Shown here: positions 21,802 to 30,450 of the stretch, piece by piece | Layout of the letters: each line of letters starts with the position of its first letter | Numbering within the stretch: position 1 is the first letter of the stretch | Source of the DNA: Acidobacteriaceae bacterium | GTDB lineage: Bacteria > Acidobacteriota > Terriglobia > Terriglobales > Acidobacteriaceae | Reading direction: 5' to 3' | DNA length: 56,746 nucleotides | Assembly: GCA_049587035.1 (NCBI GenBank) | Contig: JBAVDD010000093.1 | Location: 1-56,746 of the forward strand | Notes under the pieces: model-generated | The model's database searches: none | Told to the model about the DNA's origin: nothing | The model's input: the letters and a program-made list of their open reading frames with translations, nothing else | Made by a program: the position numbers and the translations under genes

Positions 21802-21872
21802 TCGTCAGCTAGAGACCGCCAGATTTTCAAGGCGTCGTCATACAGCGGGTGAGATGTGGGTCTGCAAAATAC

Positions 21873-22649
21873 CTATTTCCCGAAGCTCATTCCCTCCAAC
21901 TCCGAGCTGACCACTGGTCCGTAACCCCCCAGCTGCCCGACAATCCTCACCACCGCAGGCTCGTCGCCCTCCAGAATCCACACCATCACATCTTTCGGCT
22001 GAAGGCCGATGAGCTGCGCAATCAAGCCCACGATGCCGCCCAACTCGGGATGGATGCGAAATACGGTCGCCTTAAAAGTCTTTTCTCCTACACGAAACGG
22101 CTGCTCGCCCACCGGTGAGATTAGAAGCCGAATCAATCGACCATCGCCGACTGGCGCCAGCATCCCCACCTGAAACGGCGCGGTATTTTGCGGCACATTC
22201 AGCAGCAACGTTCCCACGAACCCATTCGCCAGGTCATTAGGTAGGTCCATGTGTTCGCTTTCAACGTGTATCTTGCCACTCTTGTCCATTGTGCGGCTGG
22301 TCGCTATGCCCGTAGCGGCTTCCACTGCGAAGTCAACGGGCTTGGCAAAGAACGGCCCCTTCTCAATGTGATGGTTGCGTATTAAACGAAACGTACCCTG
22401 CTGCCTGTACGTCGTCGTCTCCTCATCAATCGATCCATCGACAAAGCGATAGGTCATGCGCATCGTCACTTCATCGCCCTGCGCGACCTGCAAAAACTCG
22501 CCCCTGGCTATGACTTTTCCATCCTCGGAACGGGCCACCATAAACCGGTGCATCGGCCGTTGAATATGGGTCACTGAAATTCGTTCTGCCCGCGCTGCAC
22601 TGCCCAAGGTTATCGCCAACAATGCAGCTGCCAAGAAGTGTCGCTCCAT
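21873..22649 (-). CDS. Hypothetical secreted protein
   Basis: Signal peptide MERHFLAAALLAITLGSAARA; beta-rich. Confidence 0.7.
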   Translation of the reverse strand: MERHFLAAALLAITLGSAARAERISVTHIQRPMHRFMVARSEDGKVIARGEFLQVAQGDEVTMRMTYRFVDGSIDEETTTYRQQGTFRLIRNHHIEKGPFFAKPVDFAVEAATGIATSRTMDKSGKIHVESEHMDLPNDLANGFVGTLLLNVPQNTAPFQVGMLAPVGDGRLIRLLISPVGEQPFRVGEKTFKATVFRIHPELGGIVGLIAQLIGLQPKDVMVWILEGDEPAVVRIVGQLGGYGPVVSSELEGMSFGK

Positions 22650-22894
22650 CAAGTACCTCGTCCCACTGATCGGCCTTATCAGATGCTCAAAGACCCGCCG
22701 CGAAAATGGATGTCTCATATCTCACCTTTAGACGTGATCCAAGCCCAGAAAGCACGCCGTCCGGCGAACTCCGTACCGTCTCCAACATGACGATTTGTAC
22801 AGATGACTGACTCAAACTGTTGTTTGGAACGTCTATTAGAATTGTGGGGTCACGCTAAAAATTGCTTGGACATCCAGTGAACTAGGAGCAGTGC

Positions 22895-24043
22895 TTGCAA
22901 GACGAAGTTCTCATTCTCGGTGGTGGAGTGGCAGGCTGTGCCGCTTCGATCGCCCTCGCCCGCAAGGGACGACGCGTCACACTGATTGAACGCGAGCCTA
23001 CACCACGCCATAAAGTCTGCGGAGAATTCCTGAGCGGCGAGGCGCTTGAGGATTTGCATGCGCTCGGCATCGGCGTGGCCTCGCTTGGCGCAGTGCCCAT
23101 CGATTACGTTCGCCTCGCCGCCGCCAGGCGGGCTGCGGAGGCCCCGTTGCCTTTCCCCGCGGCCTCGCTTACGCGCAAGGCCCTTGACACAGCGCTCCTT
23201 GCCGCGGCCGTCGAGGCTGGAGTTCGCATTGAGCGCGGTTGCAGTGTGCAGTCGCTCAGTCGCACTATAGGCGACGTCTGGCAGGCCACACTCGATGACG
23301 GTACCACCCGTGAAGCCCCAACAGTTTTTCTAGCCACCGGCAAGCACGATCTTCGCGGCCACGCTCGCCCGAAGGACCCGCAACAATGGGTCGCGTTTAA
23401 GATGTACTTTCGCTTGACTCCCGCACAGGCCGCTCAGCTGGCAGGCGCCTCCGAGTTGATGCTCTACCCAGGAGGCTACGGTGGTATACAGCCGGTGGAA
23501 GACGGCATCGCAAACCTCTGCTGCGTGGTGCAACAGCGGCATCTCGCGCGCGCGGGTCATCGCTGGGAAAACTTCCTTGCGAAGATGCAGCAGGACTGTC
23601 CACACTTGGCGATGAGGCTTGCCGGTGCGGAGCCATTGCTCGCCAGGCCCATCGCCATCACCCACATTCCTTATGGATACATTCGCCGCTCAACCGAGAG
23701 CGGGCTTTACTGCATCGGCGATCAGGCAGCCGTCATCCCCTCGTTCACCGGTGATGGCATATCCATCGCGCTGCATACCGCCCGCTGTGCCGCGGAGGCT
23801 TATCTTGCGGCAGTGCCAGCACCGATCTTTCAAGCCAAATTGCGCTCCGCGCTCCGGTTCCAGATGCGTCTCGCCGAGTCTGCCGCCAGTGGCTTGAACA
23901 ACCCATTCGCGCGCGCCGTGCTGCCGTTTTGCCTTAGGATCTGGCCCGGCGTGATGCGCGTGACGGCTAGGCTCACACGAGTGGCCCAGAACGCTGCTGC
24001 GAATCCTCAGGCCACTGCGAATCCTCAGACAGTCGCCAGCTGA
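22895..24043 (+). CDS. FAD-dependent oxidoreductase/monooxygenase (geranylgeranyl-reductase-like)
   Basis: ILGGGVAG, KVCGEFLS, IGDQAAVIPSFTGDGISIAL; TTG start after AGGAG. Confidence 0.88.
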   Translation: MQDEVLILGGGVAGCAASIALARKGRRVTLIEREPTPRHKVCGEFLSGEALEDLHALGIGVASLGAVPIDYVRLAAARRAAEAPLPFPAASLTRKALDTALLAAAVEAGVRIERGCSVQSLSRTIGDVWQATLDDGTTREAPTVFLATGKHDLRGHARPKDPQQWVAFKMYFRLTPAQAAQLAGASELMLYPGGYGGIQPVEDGIANLCCVVQQRHLARAGHRWENFLAKMQQDCPHLAMRLAGAEPLLARPIAITHIPYGYIRRSTESGLYCIGDQAAVIPSFTGDGISIALHTARCAAEAYLAAVPAPIFQAKLRSALRFQMRLAESAASGLNNPFARAVLPFCLRIWPGVMRVTARLTRVAQNAAANPQATANPQTVAS

Positions 24044-24098
24044 AGTCGAGGCGAGCAAAACAACCTTCAGCAGTCAAATCCCTTTTGGGGGGGATGCA

Positions 24099-24662
24099 AT
24101 GAAATCCTTGGCAGCTTTTGCCCTCACGGTCATACTCGCTTCACCTGCACTTGCCCAGCATCAGACCTTCACCATCAACCCCGATGCCAGCGAGGTCAGG
24201 ATGACGCTCAACGCGACCCACGAGGTAGTCCACGGCGCGTTTCACGTTCAATCCGGATTGATTGAGTTTGACCGCGGTGCGTCTACGATGAGCGGGAGCA
24301 TCATCGTATCTGCCACAAGCGGCAAAACCGGCAATGACAGCCGCGATAAGAAGATGGACAAAGATGTTCTCAAGACCGAACAGTACACCACGGTTCTCTT
24401 TACGCCCAGGGGCTATACCGGCACAATCGCGCCATCGGGTGACTCCACGATTCAGGTCATGGGTGTTATCACACTACTCGGATCTCCCCACAATCTGACC
24501 ATCCCTCTACAGATCCACATTGCCGGTGAAGATTGCACCGCCAAAGCCCACTTTGTCATTCCTTACGTGCAGTGGGGACTCAAAGACCCCAGCTTCTTCA
24601 TATTCAGAGTGGAGAAGCAGGTTGACATCGATCTAAGCCTCACCGGTCGGGTTTCGCGCTGA
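24099..24662 (+). CDS. YceI-family polyisoprenoid/lipid-binding protein
   Basis: Signal peptide, VHGAF, TGNDSRDKKM, QWGLKDP. Confidence 0.85.
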   Translation: MKSLAAFALTVILASPALAQHQTFTINPDASEVRMTLNATHEVVHGAFHVQSGLIEFDRGASTMSGSIIVSATSGKTGNDSRDKKMDKDVLKTEQYTTVLFTPRGYTGTIAPSGDSTIQVMGVITLLGSPHNLTIPLQIHIAGEDCTAKAHFVIPYVQWGLKDPSFFIFRVEKQVDIDLSLTGRVSR

Positions 24663-24681
24663 TCTCATACTGAAGCGATTT

Positions 24682-24975
24682 TCAGTGAATACGTCGGAGG
24701 GGGCTTTCATGAAGCTCACGATGCAGCTCGTCAACTTTTGTCCTCGCATTGTCCAGGGCCTTCTTGCCAACGGATGTAATCCTGTAAACCCGCCTCCTTC
24801 GTTCCCCCACGTTCTTGAAGATAGATTTCAGCAAGCCAGCGCGCTCCAATCCGTGCAGCAGCGGATAGAGGGTGCCAGGACCGATGCGATACTCGTGATG
24901 CTCCAGCTCTTCCATCATCGCCAGGCCGAAGATTGGCTCCTGAGAGGCGCGCAGGAGCACATGAATTCGAATCAA
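24682..24975 (-). CDS. PadR-family regulator, 5' end possibly decayed
   Basis: IRIHVL, GPGTLYPLLHGLE, RRVYRIT; the expected N-terminal residues appear in a shifted frame after a stop. Confidence 0.7.
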   Translation of the reverse strand: MIRIHVLLRASQEPIFGLAMMEELEHHEYRIGPGTLYPLLHGLERAGLLKSIFKNVGERRRRVYRITSVGKKALDNARTKVDELHRELHESPLRRIH

Positions 24976-25125
24976 TCCGAAAAGAGCTCTCGCTAGCGGT
25001 TCGTCGCAAACTCAATATATCGTCGCAGGCACCGTATCGTTTTACATGTTATCGAACTTCGTTATAATCTCTCGCATCACGGGCCGGTAGCCAAGGCACA
25101 TCATAATTTTTAGGAAGTGGCATTC

Positions 25126-25986
25126 ATGAAGGACTCCGGCAATAGCTTGAGACGAATGCTGTTTCTCTTCCTCCTCCTGCTCCCCCTCAAGCTCTGGGCA
25201 CAGGGGCCACCCTATCAAACCGACGACCCAGTGCCGGTCGATCTGCACCACTACGAGTTCTACATCTTCGGCGGCGTCGATGGCACACCCGCGGAAATCG
25301 ACTCGACCGGACCGGCCTTTGAGTTCAACTGGGGTGCCATACCCAGGGTGCAGCTTCACGCCATCCTGCCCTGGGGTGTCGTGGCCCCGTCCAACAATCC
25401 CGTCTATCTTCCGGGAGGAACCGGACCCGCCGAATTCGGCCTCACAGACATGGAGTTGGGTGTAAAGATCGCCTTCATCAAAGAGACCGCGCACTTCCCG
25501 CAGATCGGCAGTTTCCCCATGTTCGAAATTCCTACCGGCAGCTATTCCAAAGGTCTCGGCGTAGGCAAAGTCTGGTACAAACTACCGCTGTGGCTGCAAA
25601 AGAACTCCGGCAAATGGCTCTTTGACGGCGGCGCTGGATATCAGGTCGTTCCACAGGCCAACTACAGCAACTTCCCCTATACAGGATGGCTCATCAAACG
25701 AGTGCTCAGCGAGCGGTTGGAGCTCGGTGTTGAGGTCTTTGCCCACGGCGGCGAAGGCTTTGCCGCCGCGCAAACACAGGCCTCCACCATGATCGACGTT
25801 GGCGGTTATTACCACTTCAAGCACAATCCCAACCAGCAATTTCTCTTTTGCTACGGCCACTCGATTGCCGGACAAACTGAAAACTACGCTTACGCCGGCA
25901 TGTACTGGACCTGGGGCAAGAGCGACAAGAAAGGCTCCCAGGAAAATGCGCTCTTTCCAGTGCCGCCAAAGAGGAACGGACTCTGA
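25126..25986 (+). CDS. Putative outer-membrane channel/transporter-like protein
   Basis: Signal peptide, GPPYQTDDP N-terminus, aromatic beta strands. Confidence 0.7.
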   Translation: MKDSGNSLRRMLFLFLLLLPLKLWAQGPPYQTDDPVPVDLHHYEFYIFGGVDGTPAEIDSTGPAFEFNWGAIPRVQLHAILPWGVVAPSNNPVYLPGGTGPAEFGLTDMELGVKIAFIKETAHFPQIGSFPMFEIPTGSYSKGLGVGKVWYKLPLWLQKNSGKWLFDGGAGYQVVPQANYSNFPYTGWLIKRVLSERLELGVEVFAHGGEGFAAAQTQASTMIDVGGYYHFKHNPNQQFLFCYGHSIAGQTENYAYAGMYWTWGKSDKKGSQENALFPVPPKRNGL

Positions 25987-26026
25987 CGCTAAATTCCGGG
26001 ATTCACCTGCAGAAAGGATGACATCA

Positions 26027-26145
26027 ATGGAAATTGCCATGCGCGGCTTATGGACCCTCATACACGGCATGGAATCGGCGCGCTCTATTTGTTGGCGGGC
26101 TCCGGCGCACTCGTGGAGCTGTATCGCTTCACTACCTCTCCGCGT
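26027..26145 (+). pseudogene. Frameshifted, truncated N-terminus of a membrane protein
   Basis: GAAAGGA SD + ATG; MEIAMRGLWTLIHGM, then after a frameshift IGALYLLAGSGALVELYRF, running into the arsM 3' end. Confidence 0.5.
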
Positions 26146-27016
26146 AGTCGTTTGCCTCTGCACGAGCAGGGGCACAGCAACCAGGCTCGCAGCAGGCAGC
26201 TGTAGGCTTGTTAGCACGAATGAATGCGCTGAAGAACTTCCCGTTGACCTGGGGAGCGATGGCGTCGACATCAACGCCTGCCTCGGTGAGGAAGTGACGC
26301 GCGTCCTCGACGTTGTACTCGCGTGTCGGCTCCGCGGTGGCGTCCTCGAAACCTGCGGCGGTCAGCCTGGAAAGGTAGTCGCGCTCTTCAAGTGCGCCAG
26401 CGATGCAGCCGACCCAGAGCAACATGCTCCTGCGCACCTCCTCCGGGACGTCTCCCCGAACTACGACATCGGAGACGGCGAAGCGGCCGCCGGGCTTGAG
26501 TACGCGATAAGCTTCGCGAAGAACGCGGTCCTTGTCGGCAGAGAGATTGATGACGCAGTTGGAGATGATGACGTCGACAGAATCGTCGGGGAGCGGAATG
26601 TTTTCGATCTCACCCTTGAGGAACTCGACGTTGGTGACGCCGGCCTGCTTCTGATTTTCACGCGCGAGAGCCAGCATGTCGTCGGTCATGTCCAGGCCGA
26701 ATGCCTTGCCGCCTGGACTGACGCGCTTTGCCGAGAGCAGGACGTCGATGCCCCCACCGGAACCAAGATCGAGAACCGTCTCTCCAGGCCGAAGATCAAT
26801 CAGAGCGGTCGGGTTACCGCACCCGAGCGAGGCCCGGACGGCGTTCTCGGGAATGATGCCCGTCTGATCCGTGGTGTAAAGGTTTGTCGTGATCGGATCG
26901 CAGCAGCGCAGGCCCGGGTCGCAACACGCCTGCACACTGCCGGATTGCGCGACCGCGCGCGCAGCGCTGCCATACTTCTCTTTGACCTGCTCCTGAACAT
27001 TCTTCGACGATTCCAT
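26132..27016 (-). CDS. arsM: Arsenite S-adenosylmethionine methyltransferase
   Basis: [30 protein letters not shown], terminal CC pairs. Confidence 0.93.
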   Translation of the reverse strand: MESSKNVQEQVKEKYGSAARAVAQSGSVQACCDPGLRCCDPITTNLYTTDQTGIIPENAVRASLGCGNPTALIDLRPGETVLDLGSGGGIDVLLSAKRVSPGGKAFGLDMTDDMLALARENQKQAGVTNVEFLKGEIENIPLPDDSVDVIISNCVINLSADKDRVLREAYRVLKPGGRFAVSDVVVRGDVPEEVRRSMLLWVGCIAGALEERDYLSRLTAAGFEDATAEPTREYNVEDARHFLTEAGVDVDAIAPQVNGKFFSAFIRANKPTAACCEPGCCAPARAEANDYAER

Positions 27017-27032
27017 GATCGTGCCTCCACGT

Positions 27033-27084
27033 ATATGCTAAAGCGAATGTATTATCTTCTGGATACATATGTCAAGGCGCATAT
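27033..27084. promoter_or_regulatory. Two related 18-bp ATATG-N8-CATAT sites, likely ArsR operators
   Basis: ATATGCTAAAGCGAATGT (27033-27050) and ATATGTCAAGGCGCATAT (27067-27084) between divergent arsM and arsR. Confidence 0.65.
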
Positions 27085-27093
27085 AATAAGAGG

Positions 27094-27510
27094 GTGAATC
27101 CTCACTCTAAAAAATACGATCTCGCTCTCTTGTTTGCCGCGCTCGCCGACCGCACCCGTCTTCGGCTGTTGAACCTCATGGATGGCAGGGAGGTGTGCGT
27201 CTGCTACTTTGTCGAAATCCTTGGGCAGAGTCAACCCAAGATTTCGCGGCATCTTGCATACCTAAGACGTGCAGGCGTTGTGGAAGCACGGCGCGAGGGG
27301 AAGTGGGTGCACTACCAGATCGCTGCCCCCGCCGATACAGGAGCTGCGAAGATCCTTCGCGAAACCCTGGCTGTTCTGAGAGAGGACAAAGGGATGCGGG
27401 CTGATCGCACCCTTCTCAACAAATCCTGCTGTGTACCTCAGAAGGTCTCGGCGCTCGATGGCGCACCTTTACCGAAGATGGTGGACGCGCTTGGCTGTTC
27501 GTCATGCTGA
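27094..27510 (+). CDS. arsR: ArsR/SmtB metalloregulator
   Basis: ALADRTRL, EVCVC As-binding motif, SQPKISRHLAYL, C-terminal CC. Confidence 0.92.
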   Translation: MNPHSKKYDLALLFAALADRTRLRLLNLMDGREVCVCYFVEILGQSQPKISRHLAYLRRAGVVEARREGKWVHYQIAAPADTGAAKILRETLAVLREDKGMRADRTLLNKSCCVPQKVSALDGAPLPKMVDALGCSSC

Positions 27511-27782
27511 GTTGACGAGAACAGGCAAGAAGCTCACTGAGATCTTGACAGTCATTCTGTGCGTCTTTTGCGAGTTGCGGGAGGGTTACGGCTTATCCGG
27601 AAGTAAGCCGATTTGGGATTGAAGAAAGTTCACCGTGTGGTTGCCTCTCAGTTCTAGGTGCCCATTCTTCCGCCATCTGGATGGCAAACGAAGTCGCGCT
27701 CTTCGCCGCCTCGCGTCACATGCTGAATGCTTCCGCGCGTACAACCTTTAGCTTTGACATAAAACAACATTGCTGTCGAAAA

Positions 27783-29045
27783 TCAGATGCGCATGGGCAT
27801 CAAAATGTAGCGATACTTGACGTCCTCGTTGGCGTCCTCGGGGCGCATCTGGCCTGCGGATTGGGCGTCCTTGAACTCCAGGCGGACTTCGCCCGTGACG
27901 CCGGTCGCGCGCAGAAAGTCGACCAGGTACGAGCTGTTGAAGCCGACGACGAGAGGATCGTAGTTGTAGGGTGTCTCGATGACGTCCTCGGACTCGCCGG
28001 CGTCGGTTGATTGCGCGCTTAGCTTCAACTCGTTCTGCTCGAGGCGGATCTTGATTGCGCCGGACCGCTCGTCGGCGAACTGCGCGACGCGCTGAATGGA
28101 GGCCATCAGGTCTTCGCTGCGGACGATCACGAACTTGTTGTTGTCGCGCGGAAGAACGGCCTCATAGTTAGGGAACTGGCCGGTGAGCTTGCGACTGGTG
28201 AGGACGCGGCCTGCTACGCGGAAGAAGAGGGTCTGGTCATCGTCGCCAAACTCGAGCGTGGTGGCATCAGAAGACGAGAGAAGGCTGGCGAGCTCGGCCA
28301 GCGCCTTGCGCGGGACCAGCGTCTTCTTCTCGCCGGAGATTCCTTCCAGCGCCTCTCCAAGTTTCTCAATGTGCGCGAGGCGGTGACCGTCTGTGGCCAC
28401 CATCGCCATCGACTCTGCTTTGAGCACAAGCAGCGCGCCGTTGAGCGTGTAGCGCGACTCTTCGTTGGAGATGGCGAAGATAGTTTTAGCAATCATGTTT
28501 GCCAGCGCAGGCGAGGAGATCTTGTAGTTGCCGGCGGAAGGGAACTCAGGCACCTGGGGGAAGTTGGCGCGCGCCATACCCACCATCTTGGTGTTGGAAC
28601 GGCCGGACTTAATCTGGACCCAGTGGTTGTCCATGAGCTTCATGGAGATGTCGCCGTCGCCAAGCAGCTTGATGTAATCGAAGAGTTTGCGGGCGGGAAT
28701 AGTGCAGGCACCAGGCTTCTTCACCTTGGCCGCGCAGGAGGTGCGCAGGGACTGGTCGAGATCGGTCGCGGTGATGGTCAGCTTGCCCGCGCCGAGTTCG
28801 TCGACGGTGGCCTCGAAGAGGAAGTTCGAGAGGATCGGAATCGTGGTCTTGCGCTCCACGACCGACTGAGCGGCGGTGAGCTCGCGCAGAAGTTCGGCGC
28901 GGGAGACAGTAATTTCAAGATTGCCTGTTGGGACGGCTTCAGGGGTGATGGCTGCGGTGGACACGATGGAGGCTCTCCCTTGCTCTTCGGCAAACGGCTC
29001 TGCGGCTATTTGTTCCACGGTTGTCGTGAGGGTGGTGGTGGACAT
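27783..29045 (-). CDS. dnaN: DNA polymerase III beta sliding clamp
   Basis: TTIPILSN, VATDGHRL, GQFPNY, YILMPMRI. Confidence 0.97.
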   Translation of the reverse strand: MSTTTLTTTVEQIAAEPFAEEQGRASIVSTAAITPEAVPTGNLEITVSRAELLRELTAAQSVVERKTTIPILSNFLFEATVDELGAGKLTITATDLDQSLRTSCAAKVKKPGACTIPARKLFDYIKLLGDGDISMKLMDNHWVQIKSGRSNTKMVGMARANFPQVPEFPSAGNYKISSPALANMIAKTIFAISNEESRYTLNGALLVLKAESMAMVATDGHRLAHIEKLGEALEGISGEKKTLVPRKALAELASLLSSSDATTLEFGDDDQTLFFRVAGRVLTSRKLTGQFPNYEAVLPRDNNKFVIVRSEDLMASIQRVAQFADERSGAIKIRLEQNELKLSAQSTDAGESEDVIETPYNYDPLVVGFNSSYLVDFLRATGVTGEVRLEFKDAQSAGQMRPEDANEDVKYRYILMPMRI

Positions 29046-29250
29046 GGACGGGTGTCTCCCCTCTCTGATTTGCCGTGGAGCAACACCCTGATTCTAGGTT
29101 GTGTGAAGGGTTTCGTGCGAGGGTGCGGGGCTGTGAATTTCCGGGGGCATCTTGTGGGGGTCCTGCACGGACGACGAGAGGCTTCGCGCAGTGGCGGTTG
29201 GTGAGGCTGCTTTCTTGCTGCGGAAGAACGCTTCTAAGAAACAGAGTGAA

Positions 29251-29301
29251 AGGATAGATATTTCTAGTAGTAGTAGTAGTTTGAAGTGGAAGAGTGGATA
29301 A
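29251..29301 (-). other. oriC unwinding module: tandem DnaA boxes + DnaA-trios + AT-rich tail
   Basis: Minus strand reads TTATCCACT (29293-29301) and TCTTCCACT (29285-29293); plus strand has (TAG)5 at 29265-29279, then AT-rich sequence toward dnaN. Confidence 0.8.
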
Positions 29302-29645
29302 GACGGGCTAATCCCTTTTAAGACTGGTTGGAAGTCAGGTACAAGGTTTCCAAAACCAGGCGACGTTGGGGACCAGCTGTTGGAAGTGCGGAACAGCGGG
29401 CAAGGTTAAGACCCGGGTTTTCCAAACTACACACAGAGCGCTGCGGAACGCTGCACGTGAAAGACGGGTCTATGTGCGGAGAACGCAAACAACCCCGTGG
29501 GCAGAGGGTTGCGAGTGGCGGCCTTTTCGACAATGCCGCTAAGAGGAGAGGAAATGCCGTACCGATTCAGAGCGATGCGAGACACACGCCTGCGAGGCGC
29601 TAGGCAAAGGTCTCCCGTGAAACGAGCGAGGAAAATGTACGGAGT

Positions 29646-30215
29646 TTAGTAGCGGCTTGGAGCAGAACGGCGGCGGGGTCTGTCGCGGCGTTCGTGGCCA
29701 GCGTAGGAACGCTCTGGCGGGATGCGGTAGCCCTCTGGATAGAGAACCACAAACCGGCGCGGTCCATCGCCGGAGCTGGCCGTCTGCAGACCGGAGTCGC
29801 GCAGGAACAGGTGGAGCATACGGCGCTCGCGGGAGTTCATCGGTGGGAACCGGAAGGGCTCGCCAGTGTCTTCCACCTCTTCAATCGCCTCGTCGGCAGC
29901 TTCGCGTAGCGCCCGGGCCCTTGATGCCTTGAAGCCATTGGCGTCAAAGGAGATGCGGTCGTGGTCGTCCGGTTCAAGGCGAAGGATCTTCGCTGCAATG
30001 TGTTCGAGGGATCGCAGAAGCTCGCCATCACTGTCCAGCAGATAATCCGCATCCGGTCCCTTGCACTCCACGTAGATATCGCGGCGTTCAAAGCCGTCGG
30101 GGTCCACAGCACCCGCGCCGGCCGTAATCCGATATTTGAGACGTAGACCACCGGTGGTGGTGATAAGCCGCATGAGATCTGCGACCTTTTCTGCAGCTTG
30201 TGCTAAATCTTCCAT
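29646..30215 (-). CDS. jag: Jag/EloR-like RNA-binding protein (KH-like + R3H), short form
   Basis: GELLRSLE, PMNSRERRMLH R3H motif, SSGDGPRRFVV; downstream of yidC. Confidence 0.88.
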   Translation of the reverse strand: MEDLAQAAEKVADLMRLITTTGGLRLKYRITAGAGAVDPDGFERRDIYVECKGPDADYLLDSDGELLRSLEHIAAKILRLEPDDHDRISFDANGFKASRARALREAADEAIEEVEDTGEPFRFPPMNSRERRMLHLFLRDSGLQTASSGDGPRRFVVLYPEGYRIPPERSYAGHERRDRPRRRSAPSRY

Positions 30216-30450
30216 ACAGAATTCAGTCCTAATCAGAAAATGCAAGAAAATTGACAAAACGAGAAATAAAGAAAAGCAAAAAGTTAGAAAGGGAAATGTA
30301 TATGAGAAAGGAAACCACTAATATATTGTATATCGTTTTGTATTTTATGTAGTTTGGTTCATATGATGAACTAACTGAGCCCAAAGTTAAATACTATCAA
30401 CGATTTCCAGTTGAGACTCGACTACCCGCACGAAGACCAACCAAACGGTA

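Noticed and set aside
17346..27782. Accessory region as a single integrative element
   Set aside because: No integrase, tRNA or flanking direct repeats; looks like a mosaic of remnants.
29265..29279. (TAG)5 as a simple microsatellite
   Set aside because: Position and orientation next to tandem DnaA boxes upstream of dnaN fit DnaA-trios better.
29609..29624. GGTCTCCCGTGAAACG as a degenerate parS near the origin
   Set aside because: Several mismatches and broken symmetry; cannot be supported without ParB binding data.
30320..30356. dif-like site in the AT-rich spacer (TTATGT core)
   Set aside because: Poor match to both XerC and XerD arms, and unlikely next to the origin.
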